Below, one piece after another: positions 19,231 to 29,454 of a stretch of 64,000 nucleotides of DNA; positions within the stretch are counted from its first letter, which is position 1; every line of letters starts with the position of its first letter. The position numbers and the translations under genes are program-made. Location of the stretch: positions 21,264 to 85,263 of the forward strand of contig NCGC01000001.1 in NCBI GenBank assembly GCA_002281475.1, given 5' to 3'. Source of the DNA: Methylophilales bacterium 28-44-11. GTDB taxonomy: Bacteria; Pseudomonadota; Gammaproteobacteria; Burkholderiales; Methylophilaceae. The notes under the pieces were generated by a model. It saw nothing but the letters and a program-made list of their open reading frames with translations. It ran no database searches and was not told the DNA's origin.

Positions 19231-21173
19231 GGTTGCACAACACCTTCAGCAAAAAACGCTTCCACATCCGCCAATTCTTTAGTGCGTTTGAATGGCGGCA
19301 AGCTTTGCCAAATGCGCCTGCCGTATGGTTTGGTGATGAGGCGTGGGTCGCATATCACCAATACCCCTCGATCTTGCTCATCACGAATCAAACGACCAGC
19401 GCCCTGCTTGAGCGTAATGACCGAGTAAGGTAATTGGTATTCCATAAAGGCATTCTTGCCTTCCTCATTCATCTTATCAATCCGCGCAGACAACACAGGG
19501 TCATCTGGTGGCGCAAAGGGAAGCTTGTCTATAATGACTACGCTGAGTGCTTCTCCACGCACGTCCACACCTTCCCAAAAACTTTGGGAGCCAACCAACA
19601 CCGCATTGCCATGTGCACGAAATCGGTCCAGCAATTCGGTACGCGTACTTTCGCCTTGCATTAAAAGTGGATATTCCATGCCATTTTCAGCGAAGGCTTC
19701 TTTTAACAGCGCATGCACTTCACGCATCGCTTTGAGCGAGGTACATAACACAAAGGCACGTCCTGCACTGGCTTGAATCACTGGCAAACTTACTGCTGCC
19801 ACGGCTGCTGTGTAAGCCGAGCTATTGGGGTCTGGCATATTGGCAGGCGCATACAGCAAGGCCTGTTGGGCATAATCGAAAGGGCTTTCCCAAAAGCCAG
19901 TATCAGCTGCGTGCAAGCCCATTTGCGCAATGTAATGACTAAAATCACTTTTCACCGCTAAGGTGGCAGAGGTAAAAATCCAAGCGCGCGGTTGCGCGTT
20001 AAGCTGTTTGCTAAAGCCTTCGGCCACACTGAGCGGGGTGGCATGCAATTGCACACTTTGCGTAAACACTTCTACCCAACGTACCAAATTGCTATTGCTG
20101 GCTTTAATCCAACTATTTAATTGTGCAGACAACGCTTCGCCACGTTGCCAACACTTTTCCAACATGGGGTCACGTCCTGCTTGGGTTTCTAGTACCGTAT
20201 TCAGATTACTGAGCGCGGTTTGCATATCTTCATACACAGCTTCAAACTTTTTTAGTGCCAATGCTTTTTGCACAGGCATGCGCGAGCCTTCATACTGAAA
20301 CACCAACCTAAAATCTTTACAGGCTTTTTCCAACACAGGGATAGCATCACCCAAGGTTGCACAATCTTTGGCAACACTGAGATATGCCATGGTGGCATCA
20401 CGAGCTAGTTCGACTAATTGACTCGTTGATACATCTTCACCAAAAAATAAGCCTGCTACTTCTGGTAATTGGTGTGCCTCATCAAAAATCACTGTATTGG
20501 CGCTAGGCAATAATTCCGCGACCCCTTCATCACGTAACATCACATCGGCAAAAAATAAATGGTGATTGACTACCACTACATCGGCGGCCAACGCGCTTTT
20601 ACGGGCTTCCATCACAAAACATTCTTTATAGTGATTGCATTCCTGCCCTAGGCAGTTATCACGGGTGGAGGTTACATGTTGCCAAACGGTCGCATTCTCT
20701 GGCACCGTGGTCAACTCAGCTTTATCGCCAGTTTTTGAATGTTCAGCAAAGGTTTGAATAATTGGCAGATATTGCGCATCTTCGCGTGAGGCAAAGCGCC
20801 CTTCCTGATTGGCACGCGCTAAATGGTAATGGCAGACATAATTGGCGCGGCCTTTGAGCATGCTCACTGTGACAGGCACTTTTAAAGCGTCACGTATATT
20901 GGGTAAATCGCGGTTAAACAATTGATCTTGCAACGTTTTGGTACCGGTAGAGATGATGACCTTGCCACCAGAAAGTAAGGCTGGCACCAAATAAGCAAAG
21001 GTTTTACCAGTGCCGGTGCCTGCTTCGGCAACCAACTGTTTATTGCCATGAATAGCAGCCTCAATAGCAAGCGCCATTTCAAGTTGTTGCGAGCGTTCGC
21101 TAAATCCTTGTATGGCTTGAGCTAGCGCACCTCCCGTTTTAAATACTTCATACAATGTGGATTGTTCAGACAT
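19227..21173 (-). CDS. yoaA: ATP-dependent DNA helicase, DinG/YoaA family
   Basis: EAGTGTGKT, Fe-S cysteines, DEAH, QGAGRLIR. Confidence 0.92.
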   Translation of the reverse strand: MSEQSTLYEVFKTGGALAQAIQGFSERSQQLEMALAIEAAIHGNKQLVAEAGTGTGKTFAYLVPALLSGGKVIISTGTKTLQDQLFNRDLPNIRDALKVPVTVSMLKGRANYVCHYHLARANQEGRFASREDAQYLPIIQTFAEHSKTGDKAELTTVPENATVWQHVTSTRDNCLGQECNHYKECFVMEARKSALAADVVVVNHHLFFADVMLRDEGVAELLPSANTVIFDEAHQLPEVAGLFFGEDVSTSQLVELARDATMAYLSVAKDCATLGDAIPVLEKACKDFRLVFQYEGSRMPVQKALALKKFEAVYEDMQTALSNLNTVLETQAGRDPMLEKCWQRGEALSAQLNSWIKASNSNLVRWVEVFTQSVQLHATPLSVAEGFSKQLNAQPRAWIFTSATLAVKSDFSHYIAQMGLHAADTGFWESPFDYAQQALLYAPANMPDPNSSAYTAAVAAVSLPVIQASAGRAFVLCTSLKAMREVHALLKEAFAENGMEYPLLMQGESTRTELLDRFRAHGNAVLVGSQSFWEGVDVRGEALSVVIIDKLPFAPPDDPVLSARIDKMNEEGKNAFMEYQLPYSVITLKQGAGRLIRDEQDRGVLVICDPRLITKPYGRRIWQSLPPFKRTKELADVEAFFAEGVVQP

Positions 21174-21353
21174 CCCAAAATTATCCCATGAATATGTAAA
21201 CTTTCTGCAAACACTGGCATTTTTTAACGTTTTTGCTTTTTAAACGCGCAAAATAATCTTGTCATAGTAAAAATAGCCTGTTAGCCTAGTCGTGCTGTAC
21301 GAATCACAAGTGACATTTTGTACCTTATTATCGACATTCTTTTGGGAGGTTGT

Positions 21354-21641
21354 ATGGATTTAGGTCTTATTATTCAGTTAATTAGTGGTGCAGTGGGTGG
21401 CAATATAGCTGGCAGCCTGATGAAAAACGCCAGCTTAGGTACGCTGGGTAATTCATTGGTGGGCATTTTAGGTGGTGGCATTGGTGGACAACTACTCGCG
21501 ATGTTAGGCGTGGGTGGTGCAGCTGCAACAGGCAGCATGGACATCGCAGCCATTCTCACACAAGTTGCTGGCGGCGGTGTAGGTGGTGCAGTATTACTCG
21601 CTATCGTTGGTTTAATTAAAAACGCAATGGCAAAACAATAA
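21354..21641 (+). CDS. small glycine-zipper membrane protein
   Basis: GGAGG RBS; GAVGGNIAG and GGIGGQ glycine zippers; followed by terminator. Confidence 0.8.
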   Translation: MDLGLIIQLISGAVGGNIAGSLMKNASLGTLGNSLVGILGGGIGGQLLAMLGVGGAAATGSMDIAAILTQVAGGGVGGAVLLAIVGLIKNAMAKQ

Positions 21642-21653
21642 CCTATCTATATC

Positions 21654-21688
21654 AAGCCTATCTTGCATAGTTGCAGGTAGGCTTTTTT
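21654..21688 (+). terminator. intrinsic terminator
   Basis: AAGCCTATCTTGCA...TGCAGGTAGGCTTTTTT. Confidence 0.65.
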
Positions 21689-21698
21689 ATGGAAAACT

Positions 21699-22232
21699 AT
21701 GCATAAAATACTTTTTATTTTAACGTTGATATTCGCAAACACTTGTCTTGCAGAAGATTTGGTGCATGCCGCGGGTAATCAAACCAATGCGGAGGGCATT
21801 CATATTGAAGTTGTGGATACCCCGCCTACTTGGTCTGATAAAGCCGAAGAGGTATTGATGCAAGCACTTAGTTTGACAGGTATTCAATATAAATATGGTG
21901 GTAAATCACCCGATACAGGATTTGATTGCAGTGGTTTTGTGCGTTATGTGTTCAGCCAAGCGACTAAAATTACGCTCCCGCCTACTGCGCGTGCCATTAG
22001 TCAAATGGGAAAAACCGTCGATAAAGACGAACTCCAACCCGGTGATTTAGTGTTTTTTAATACGCTGAAAACAGCGTTTTCACATGTAGGTATTTACATG
22101 GGTAATAATAAATTCATTCACTCACCTAGCTCTGGTGGTAAAGTGCGCGTAGAGAGCATGGACAATTCCTATTGGAAAAAACGCTTTAATGGCGCACAAC
22201 GGATTGAAGTAGCTTCAGAACAAACTAACTAA
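21699..22232 (+). CDS. NlpC/P60 (C40) cell-wall endopeptidase
   Basis: GFDCSGFV, PGDLVFF, SHVGIY..FIH. Confidence 0.94.
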   Translation: MHKILFILTLIFANTCLAEDLVHAAGNQTNAEGIHIEVVDTPPTWSDKAEEVLMQALSLTGIQYKYGGKSPDTGFDCSGFVRYVFSQATKITLPPTARAISQMGKTVDKDELQPGDLVFFNTLKTAFSHVGIYMGNNKFIHSPSSGGKVRVESMDNSYWKKRFNGAQRIEVASEQTN

Positions 22233-22246
22233 TCCTTAGTACTTCC

Positions 22247-22288
22247 AATATAAAAAGGAGAGATAAATTTATCTCTCCTTTTTATATT
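22247..22288. terminator. 42-bp perfect palindrome, bidirectional terminator
   Basis: AATATAAAAAGGAGAGATAAA/TTTATCTCTCCTTTTTATATT between convergent genes. Confidence 0.82.
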
Positions 22289-22364
22289 TTATCGCTGATT
22301 TTTAATTCAACTTCAAGTACAACATTAAATTCAACTTCTCGTATTCAGATTCGATAACAGCCAA

Positions 22365-22826
22365 TTATTCATGAAATTTAGCAATCTCACCTGGCTTACG
22401 TAACATTTTGTCTACTTCGCCTAAGTGCAACTCTTCTTGATAGATCATCTCACGTGCATATTCTTCTAACATCACAGAGTCCCCTTCTACCAATTTCAGC
22501 AAGGCTTTGTAGCTATTAAGCGCTGCGGTTTCATGTGCTAGCGATTCACGCAAAATATCACCAATGTCATGGTTATGGGTTTCTAACAGTGGGCCAATCG
22601 ACAATGAGGGATGACCACCTAAATGTGTGATTAACTCACCGGCTTTATCCGCATGCGTGAGTGACTCTGCCGCTTGGCTACGAAGCCATGACACAATAGG
22701 TATACGATTATAGCCAAACACCATCAACGCATAGTGTGTGTAGCGCACCACGCCTGCTAACTCAAACTCAAGAATGGTATTCAGCGCTCTGATTACCGGG
22801 GTATTTACATCATGATCTGTTGTCAT
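22365..22826 (-). CDS. bacterioferritin-like protein
   Basis: ferroxidase-type E..ExxH..E..ExxH (ESLTH, EELH), LGGHP. Confidence 0.85.
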   Translation of the reverse strand: MTTDHDVNTPVIRALNTILEFELAGVVRYTHYALMVFGYNRIPIVSWLRSQAAESLTHADKAGELITHLGGHPSLSIGPLLETHNHDIGDILRESLAHETAALNSYKALLKLVEGDSVMLEEYAREMIYQEELHLGEVDKMLRKPGEIAKFHE

Positions 22827-22897
22827 TGAAGGCTCCTTTAATTGGTATTGTTAAATATTGTGTTCGCAGTGTAGCGAATTAAAAATAAGTTTGCAGA

Positions 22898-22930
22898 ACT
22901 GAGAATAGTTCACATTGCGAATCTCAATCA
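22898..22930. promoter_or_regulatory. putative Fur box
   Basis: TGAGAATAGTTCACA plus adjacent TTGCGAATCTCAATCA, upstream of ferritin-like gene. Confidence 0.5.
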
Positions 22931-22941
22931 CACACTCTCGA

Positions 22942-23229
22942 TTACTGCGCTGTGTGGCCATCACTGTGACCTAAACTACGTGCGGGGTCGATCACATCGC
23001 GAATTAATTGCTTCAATTCTTTAGCTTCTGGAAAGCGACCAGCTTCTTTTCGTGAAAACAATAACGCGCCATTTAATCGAACCTCTAAAATACCCCCAGT
23101 GCCAGGGACTAAATTGACGGACGTCAGGTCTTGTTCAAATGTTGTAAGGAGTTCCTGAGCTATCCATGCCGCGCGTAACAGCCATCGGCATTGCGTACAA
23201 AACTCAATTTCCACTATATTTTTTTTCAT
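22942..23229 (-). CDS. SelT/SelW/SelH (Rdx) family protein
   Basis: CTQCRWLLRAAW, RFPEAKELKQ, LGHSD. Confidence 0.92.
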   Translation of the reverse strand: MKKNIVEIEFCTQCRWLLRAAWIAQELLTTFEQDLTSVNLVPGTGGILEVRLNGALLFSRKEAGRFPEAKELKQLIRDVIDPARSLGHSDGHTAQ

Positions 23230-23367
23230 ACTATGCTTTCATTTCATTGAAATTCTGTAGATTAGGTATATGCAATTATATTGAAATAGCGGAAAATGAA
23301 CCTATTGTTTTATGACTTACTCTTAATGAGTGTTAGTTCATCTATCTTATTACTATAAAGGTTGTGC

Positions 23368-24804
23368 ATGCGTTCTTCATTAGAAAAATTTGGCCTTATT
23401 GGCTCTGGCATACTGGTAGGTATCTTGGTCAGCTTGAATATTTCAGCATGGGCAGAAAAGAATTTGTCTCCCCAACTACCGATTGATGATTTACGCGTCT
23501 TTGCCGAAGTATTTGGCAAAGTAAAGTCTGATTATGTAGAAGCAGTGGAAGACAAAAAACTGTTGAATGAAGCCTTGTCTGGCATGCTACAAGGTTTAGA
23601 TCCACACTCTACATTTATGGATGCAGATGCATACAAAGACTTGCAAGCCGGTACGCAAGGTGAATTTGGCGGCCTAGGTATTGAAGTAGCGATGGAAGAT
23701 GGTTTAGTCAAAGTAGTCACCCCAATTGAAGACAGCCCAGCTTACAAAGCTGGCCTAAAATCTGGTGATTTAATTTCTAAATTAGATGATACGCAGGTAC
23801 GCGGCTTAACCTTAAACGACGCTGTGAAAAAAATGCGTGGTACACCCGACACTAAAATCGTATTAACGGTTTTACGTAAAGGTGAAGCAAAACCGCTCAC
23901 ATTTACGCTTACCCGCGCAGTGATTAAATCGCAAAGCGTTAAGACCAAGGTGATTGAGCAAGATTATGGTTACGTCCGTGTTACTCAGTTCCAAGAGCAC
24001 ACTGGTGAAGATTTAGCCAAAACACTTAAAAATATGCGCGCACAAAATAAAGGGCCATTTAAAGGCTTGGTATTAGATTTGCGTAACAATCCAGGTGGTT
24101 TATTAGATGCCGCCGTAGGCGTATCTGCTGCGTTCTTGCCAAAAAATGATTTGGTTGTGTACACAGAGGGTCGTGTTGCGGATTCAAAAATGCGTTTAAG
24201 TGCTACACCAAGCGATTACGCTCGTCGTGGTAAAACTGATTATTTGAAAGACCTACCTGAAGAATACAAGAAAGTGCCAATTGTGGTGTTAATCAACGCT
24301 GGCTCTGCTTCTGCTTCTGAAATTGTTGCTGGCGCTTTACAAGACCACAAACGTGCAACCATCTTGGGTATTCAAAGCTTTGGTAAAGGCTCTGTCCAAA
24401 CCATTCTTCCAATGAATAATGGCAGTGCTATCAAACTAACGACAGCGCGTTACTTCACGCCTGCTGGCCGTTCTATACAAGCCAAAGGGATTGTGCCAGA
24501 TATCGTTGTAGAAGATGGTTCTGATCCTTCGCTCAGTTTGCATGAAGCAGATTTGAGTAAGCATTTGTCAAATCCAACAGATGACAATTCTGCGAAGAAA
24601 AAAGAAGAAGACGCTTTAAAAGCAGCAGCGGCGGCCGCTGCTGCAAAAGAGAAGTTAAACGAAAAGAAATTTGCTGAAAATAAAGGCCCTATCGAGCCTG
24701 CAAGTGCTGAGGACTTCCAGTTTATGCAAGCCATGAATGTATTAAAAGGTTTGCCAGTACAAAAAGCGCCAGACCCTGTCAAGCTAAGCGAAACTAAAAA
24801 ATAA
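23368..24804 (+). CDS. ctpA: carboxyl-terminal processing protease (S41)
   Basis: LDPHS, PDZ domain, DLRNNPGG, SASASEIVAGALQD, SFGKGSVQ. Confidence 0.94.
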   Translation: MRSSLEKFGLIGSGILVGILVSLNISAWAEKNLSPQLPIDDLRVFAEVFGKVKSDYVEAVEDKKLLNEALSGMLQGLDPHSTFMDADAYKDLQAGTQGEFGGLGIEVAMEDGLVKVVTPIEDSPAYKAGLKSGDLISKLDDTQVRGLTLNDAVKKMRGTPDTKIVLTVLRKGEAKPLTFTLTRAVIKSQSVKTKVIEQDYGYVRVTQFQEHTGEDLAKTLKNMRAQNKGPFKGLVLDLRNNPGGLLDAAVGVSAAFLPKNDLVVYTEGRVADSKMRLSATPSDYARRGKTDYLKDLPEEYKKVPIVVLINAGSASASEIVAGALQDHKRATILGIQSFGKGSVQTILPMNNGSAIKLTTARYFTPAGRSIQAKGIVPDIVVEDGSDPSLSLHEADLSKHLSNPTDDNSAKKKEEDALKAAAAAAAAKEKLNEKKFAENKGPIEPASAEDFQFMQAMNVLKGLPVQKAPDPVKLSETKK

Positions 24805-24906
24805 TACTTTGAAGTAACACCTCGGCCCTGTACGTTTTTACTGAATAAGTAGAAACCTGCAGGGCTTTGTTTTACTATAAGTTATCCATCACGCGCTTGC
24901 TAATAC

Positions 24907-26097
24907 ATGACCCTATCTATTCAACAAACAATTCAAGAGGCCGACCGTTGCGTTGCTTGTGGCTTGTGTCTGCCGCAATGTCCTACTTATTTTAAAACAG
25001 GTTCTGAAGCAGATTCACCTAGAGGTCGCATTCAACTCATGAGTGCTGTCGCAAAAGAAATTTTGCCCAATAACGATCGCTTTAAAGCACACATGAATGC
25101 ATGTTTAAGTTGCAGAAATTGTGAAACCGCTTGTCCCAATGGTGTTCGATATGGGGCATTAATTGATCAAGCACGTGTCATCACTCAGCAAAGCAACTGG
25201 GCATCACAAGGCATGGGGTGGTTGGCAAGCAATCCTAAATTTCTTAGACTTTTCAGCCAATTACTGCGTCTGGGTCAATCTACTGGAGTACTGTCCTTGC
25301 TTAGCAAAACGCATGGCGGATTCGCTAAGCGCATCGCCATGATTCCTCAACTAACCACTATGCAATGTTGGCAAACGCACTACCCAGCCAAACGTGTTAA
25401 ACGTGGCGATGTGAATCTATTCTTAGGGTGTATTACGAGTGCCTTTGATGCTGAAACATTACTTGCAAGTATTCATGTATTAAATCATCTTGGCTACGAT
25501 GTGCATGTGCCTACAGCGCAAAGTTGTTGTGGTGGGATTGCACGCCAGCAAGGTGATGCAAACCTTGCAAAAGCGCACATCGAACAAAATACACAGGCGT
25601 TTCAACATGATTGGCCAGTGGTGACGGTTGCCAGTGGCTGCGGCGCAGGGCTGAAGGACTACACTACGCTGCCTGTGCAAGATATCAGTGATTTTTTGGT
25701 GCGATGCGACTGGTCTGACATTCACCTGAATCCGCTACACGCACATGTCGCCTTACATGAGCCATGTACTTTGCGCAATGTGATGAAATCTGCCAACGCT
25801 GTGACGACACTCTTGAGTAAAGTTCCTGAGCTAATGCTCTCACCGCTGAAAGGCAAACTGCAGTGTTGTGGTGGTGCGGGTACTTATATGATTAACCAAC
25901 CAGAGATGGCTGAAGCGTTATTGGCAGATAAAATGATGCTACTTCAACAAGAAACTTTTGATTTCTTGGCGACCTCTAATATTGGGTGTGCAATGCAACT
26001 GGGTTCGGGCATTCGTCAAGCAAACATGCCACTGACCATATTGCATCCAGTCACAATTATTGCAAAACAAATGGGGTTTCAATCTGAATTGGATTAA
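24907..26097 (+). CDS. GlcF-like Fe-S oxidoreductase (2 x 4Fe-4S plus two CCG domains)
   Basis: CVACGLCLPQCP, SPRGRI, CLSCRNCETACP, CCGG x2. Confidence 0.88.
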   Translation: MTLSIQQTIQEADRCVACGLCLPQCPTYFKTGSEADSPRGRIQLMSAVAKEILPNNDRFKAHMNACLSCRNCETACPNGVRYGALIDQARVITQQSNWASQGMGWLASNPKFLRLFSQLLRLGQSTGVLSLLSKTHGGFAKRIAMIPQLTTMQCWQTHYPAKRVKRGDVNLFLGCITSAFDAETLLASIHVLNHLGYDVHVPTAQSCCGGIARQQGDANLAKAHIEQNTQAFQHDWPVVTVASGCGAGLKDYTTLPVQDISDFLVRCDWSDIHLNPLHAHVALHEPCTLRNVMKSANAVTTLLSKVPELMLSPLKGKLQCCGGAGTYMINQPEMAEALLADKMMLLQQETFDFLATSNIGCAMQLGSGIRQANMPLTILHPVTIIAKQMGFQSELD

Positions 26098-26106
26098 ACT
26101 TAGCAT

Positions 26107-26730
26107 ATGAATATAGACAAATTGATTACTACATTTGACACAGGATTACGCACATTATTTGCGCAACCTATTGCTTCACGCAAAAGGCCGGATAGCGAAA
26201 TTGAAGATGCACCTTTATCAGATGATGAAAAGAAACAAGCGGCTGCCTTAATGCGGATTAATCATGTAGGCGAGGTGTGTGCACAGGCACTTTATAGTGG
26301 ACAAGCATTGGTGTCGCGTGATGCCACCATCGTCAACGCATTAAAACAAGCGGCCATTGAAGAGACTGACCATTTAGCTTGGTGTGAGCAGCGCATTGAA
26401 GAGTTGGGTGGACGTAAAAGTATGCTTAATCCAATTTGGTATGCAGGCAGTTTTGGGCTTGGAACAGTCGCCGCCCTATTAGGAGATCGTTGGAATTTAG
26501 GCTTTTTGGCAGAAACAGAAAAACAGGTGGAGGCACATTTAGCAAGCCATTTAACTATGCTTTCACCTACCGACCTTAAAACAAGAAAAATTGTAGAACA
26601 AATGCAAGTGGACGAACGAGAACATGCGCAATCTGCACATGCGCTGGGTGGTATGACCTTACCCATGCCAGTGCAATTTGGCATGAAATTCGCTTCTAAA
26701 ATCATGACCAACACCGCTTACTATGTTTAA
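26107..26730 (+). CDS. coq7: demethoxyubiquinone hydroxylase
   Basis: [30 protein letters not shown]. Confidence 0.95.
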   Translation: MNIDKLITTFDTGLRTLFAQPIASRKRPDSEIEDAPLSDDEKKQAAALMRINHVGEVCAQALYSGQALVSRDATIVNALKQAAIEETDHLAWCEQRIEELGGRKSMLNPIWYAGSFGLGTVAALLGDRWNLGFLAETEKQVEAHLASHLTMLSPTDLKTRKIVEQMQVDEREHAQSAHALGGMTLPMPVQFGMKFASKIMTNTAYYV

Positions 26731-26762
26731 TTTTTTAATATCTACAATGATTAGAGTAAACC

Positions 26763-27089
26763 ATGCAAAAATTTAGTGATGTACTATTAACCTTAGACAA
26801 TGCCGACTACGTACAACGTATTGAATTATTTGATGAAAAGAACCAGCCAGCAGGTATCATCGAAAATAAGCCTGGTAGCCAAGGCTCAGTGAAGGTGTAT
26901 CACCACCTATACAAAATGTATGGTGGCATCACGTTAGACGCTGCGGTAGAGGGGCTTTCTTTGTATGCAGAACACACCGAAGATGCTGAAAACTGCCCAG
27001 GCAAACATCCCAATGTCGATCGTCTACTTAACATCTTAGAAAACGAAGCACCTCTCAACGTTAAAATTGTAGGTAGCGAACCCAGCTAA
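26763..27089 (+). CDS. DUF2322 family protein
   Basis: IENKPGSQGS, EHTEDA..PGKHPNVDRL. Confidence 0.85.
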   Translation: MQKFSDVLLTLDNADYVQRIELFDEKNQPAGIIENKPGSQGSVKVYHHLYKMYGGITLDAAVEGLSLYAEHTEDAENCPGKHPNVDRLLNILENEAPLNVKIVGSEPS

Positions 27090-27115
27090 TTTTAGCTCTT
27101 ATTGTTGATTTTCAC

Positions 27116-27514
27116 TTAAGTCAAAGTCTTGATAATGGGCGGATGATAAATCAGCTCTAACAGATGTCCAACACTGTCTAAGCAATAAAAGCCACGTGAA
27201 CCATCTCGATGGGTCTTAGGGGCTTCCGTAATTCTCACCTGTTGCGCGATAAAATACGTGTGCCACGCATCTACAGCTTCAGGGCTATCCAACACAAACC
27301 CTATGTGATCTAAACGCTGTTGCGCTTGCGGCGTGTAATCGACACGATGCAAGGCAAACACGTCGCCCTGATTGGTTAAGTAGACATTATCCGCATCAGG
27401 CTGCCATTCAATTTGCATGCCCATAATCCGCGTGTAAAAATCCACTGCAGACTCTAGTGCCTGTACAAACAATGCAACATGCCGAATTCCAACCATGCCT
27501 GCTGGCTTTTGCAT
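27116..27514 (-). CDS. VOC/glyoxalase family protein
   Basis: RHVAL, LDHIGF, HRDGSRGFY..ELI. Confidence 0.88.
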   Translation of the reverse strand: MQKPAGMVGIRHVALFVQALESAVDFYTRIMGMQIEWQPDADNVYLTNQGDVFALHRVDYTPQAQQRLDHIGFVLDSPEAVDAWHTYFIAQQVRITEAPKTHRDGSRGFYCLDSVGHLLELIYHPPIIKTLT

Positions 27515-27945
27515 TATGCACTCTCTTGGGTCGCTGTTTTAATTTCAAAATCATGCGTAATTTCTACGCTTTTGCTCAACATGATGGAAGCTGAGCAATA
27601 TTTTTCTGCCGATAGTTTAACGGCACGCTCAACTTGCACTGCATTCAAGCCATCGCCTGTCACCACAAAATGCACATGGATTTTGGTAAATACTTTAGGC
27701 ACTTCATCAGCACGTTCAGCTTCCACTTCGGCCACACAGTCCACAATCGGCTGCCTAGCTTTTTTGAGAATAGTGACCACATCGAATGAAGTACAACCGC
27801 CCATACCAATGAGCAACATCTCCATAGGACGCATACCGATGTTACGGCCACCATTTTCCGGCGCACCATCTAGCACCACGGCGTGCCCAGTTTCGGACTC
27901 ACCCAAAAAACTCACACCTTCAACCCACTTAATTCTGACTTTCAT
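27514..27945 (-). CDS. OsmC family protein (YhfA-like)
   Basis: RPMEMLL..GGCT, EKYCS. Confidence 0.92.
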   Translation of the reverse strand: MKVRIKWVEGVSFLGESETGHAVVLDGAPENGGRNIGMRPMEMLLIGMGGCTSFDVVTILKKARQPIVDCVAEVEAERADEVPKVFTKIHVHFVVTGDGLNAVQVERAVKLSAEKYCSASIMLSKSVEITHDFEIKTATQESA

Positions 27946-28089
27946 TATTTACCTTCAAATTACCAAGCCCATAAACTGTAGCGCGCAGCTTGCGTGCTAG
28001 GCGCACAGCGCGCAACAACAAAGCCAGCACATAAAGTGCGACTAGGAATTAAGCACTGCGCAACAAAGCAATCAAGTTGCATAGCCAGA

Positions 28090-28563
28090 TTATTTAACGT
28101 CTAAGAGTTCTACATCAAAGATTAAAGTAGCATTTGGCGGAATCACACCACCTGCACCACGTGCGCCGTATCCCATTTCTGGTGGAATGATTAAAGTGCG
28201 TTTACCGCCAATTTTCATTCCAGCAAATCCCTCATCCCAACCTTGAATCACTTGGCCACCGCCTAAAAAGAAATTAAACGGCTCTTTTCTATCGACACTG
28301 CTGTCAAATTTTTTGCCTTTGCTGTCATCTGCTGCTGGGTCATACAACCAGCCAGTGTAATGCACGGTGACATTAAAACCACTTTCCGCCTCGCGGCCAG
28401 TGCCTACTTGTGTATCAATCTTTTGTAACTCTGTTATTTGCGCGGTCATTGCTGGTTTTCCTAGTTGCGTTGTGTTGTTTGTTGAAGTCGTTTCTGCTTG
28501 ACAGCCTGTCACCATAATTACGGCGCATAAGCTTAAGAGCCATTTACTTTGAATGCGTTTCAT
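28090..28563 (-). CDS. FKBP-type peptidyl-prolyl isomerase, lipoprotein
   Basis: lipobox VTGC; VHYTGWL, FDSS, VIQGWDEG, IPPNATLIFDVEL. Confidence 0.95.
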   Translation of the reverse strand: MKRIQSKWLLSLCAVIMVTGCQAETTSTNNTTQLGKPAMTAQITELQKIDTQVGTGREAESGFNVTVHYTGWLYDPAADDSKGKKFDSSVDRKEPFNFFLGGGQVIQGWDEGFAGMKIGGKRTLIIPPEMGYGARGAGGVIPPNATLIFDVELLDVK

Positions 28564-28635
28564 AGAAGTATCACTTTAATAAAAATGCAAACATGTATGA
28601 TACTTTAAATTGTGGAATGTCTTGAAATTGGACAA

Positions 28636-28662
28636 CAAAAAAGGGCATCAAACGATGCCCTT
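28636..28662 (-). terminator. intrinsic terminator
   Basis: AAGGGCATCGTTTGATGCCCTTTTTT on minus strand after PEP-CTERM gene. Confidence 0.8.
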
Positions 28663-28692
28663 AAAAAACTTGCTAAAAGCCAACCAGACTAC

Positions 28693-29310
28693 TTATTTAT
28701 TTAAACGTCTTCTAGCTACACCAAACAAACCTAATCCACTCATCAACAACCATGCTGCTGCAGGCACTGGTACTGCTGAAGGACCGGTCACATAACTGTC
28801 ACTACCACCAGAAGCAAAACCTTGCATATGTAAACCTACACGTAAACCACCAGAATTCAGCAAACCTAAGATATCAGTACTATCACTGAGTACTGCAGAT
28901 AAAATTAAGAACTCACCAATATTAATACCGTTTGATGCGCCACCATTTCTATCCGCATCCGCATCCGTGGTAAATCCAATGGTATTGCCCTCTGAGAAGT
29001 TTTGAGATGATGAAGCATCACCAGTAAAAGACACTGTGCCTAATTGACCGGTTTGTGCAAGGCTCGTGAATAAATTTGTACCTAGAAAGTCAAAATAGAT
29101 ATGACCAACAAATACGTTAACTCCACCTGCAGCGTTAGCAATTTTAAAATCTACGTTGTTGCCTGCTTGTGTGACTTCTAAAGACAATTGCGATGACACA
29201 TCGACTTCGTTTGAATTTACACCAATAAAATTAATGGTTTCCGCATTAATGCTAAATGCAGAGACCAACAAGCTTGCTCCAGCAATCGCTCTTAAAAATC
29301 TTTTTAACAT
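28693..29310 (-). CDS. VPLPA-CTERM (PEP-CTERM-like) surface protein
   Basis: signal peptide; C-terminal VPVPAAAWLLMSGLGLFGVARRR; GGAG RBS. Confidence 0.9.
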   Translation of the reverse strand: MLKRFLRAIAGASLLVSAFSINAETINFIGVNSNEVDVSSQLSLEVTQAGNNVDFKIANAAGGVNVFVGHIYFDFLGTNLFTSLAQTGQLGTVSFTGDASSSQNFSEGNTIGFTTDADADRNGGASNGINIGEFLILSAVLSDSTDILGLLNSGGLRVGLHMQGFASGGSDSYVTGPSAVPVPAAAWLLMSGLGLFGVARRRLNK

Positions 29311-29454
29311 GATTAATCTCCTCTTTGTGGTACCTACACTGATTGTGTTCATTAGTGTTAGGACTAATAAAAACTAATTTTTATTTAACACAATCAGATT
29401 ATCAATTTGATACATTTCAAACAATAGCTCTTGTGGGCTAATTTAGTTTCTGGC

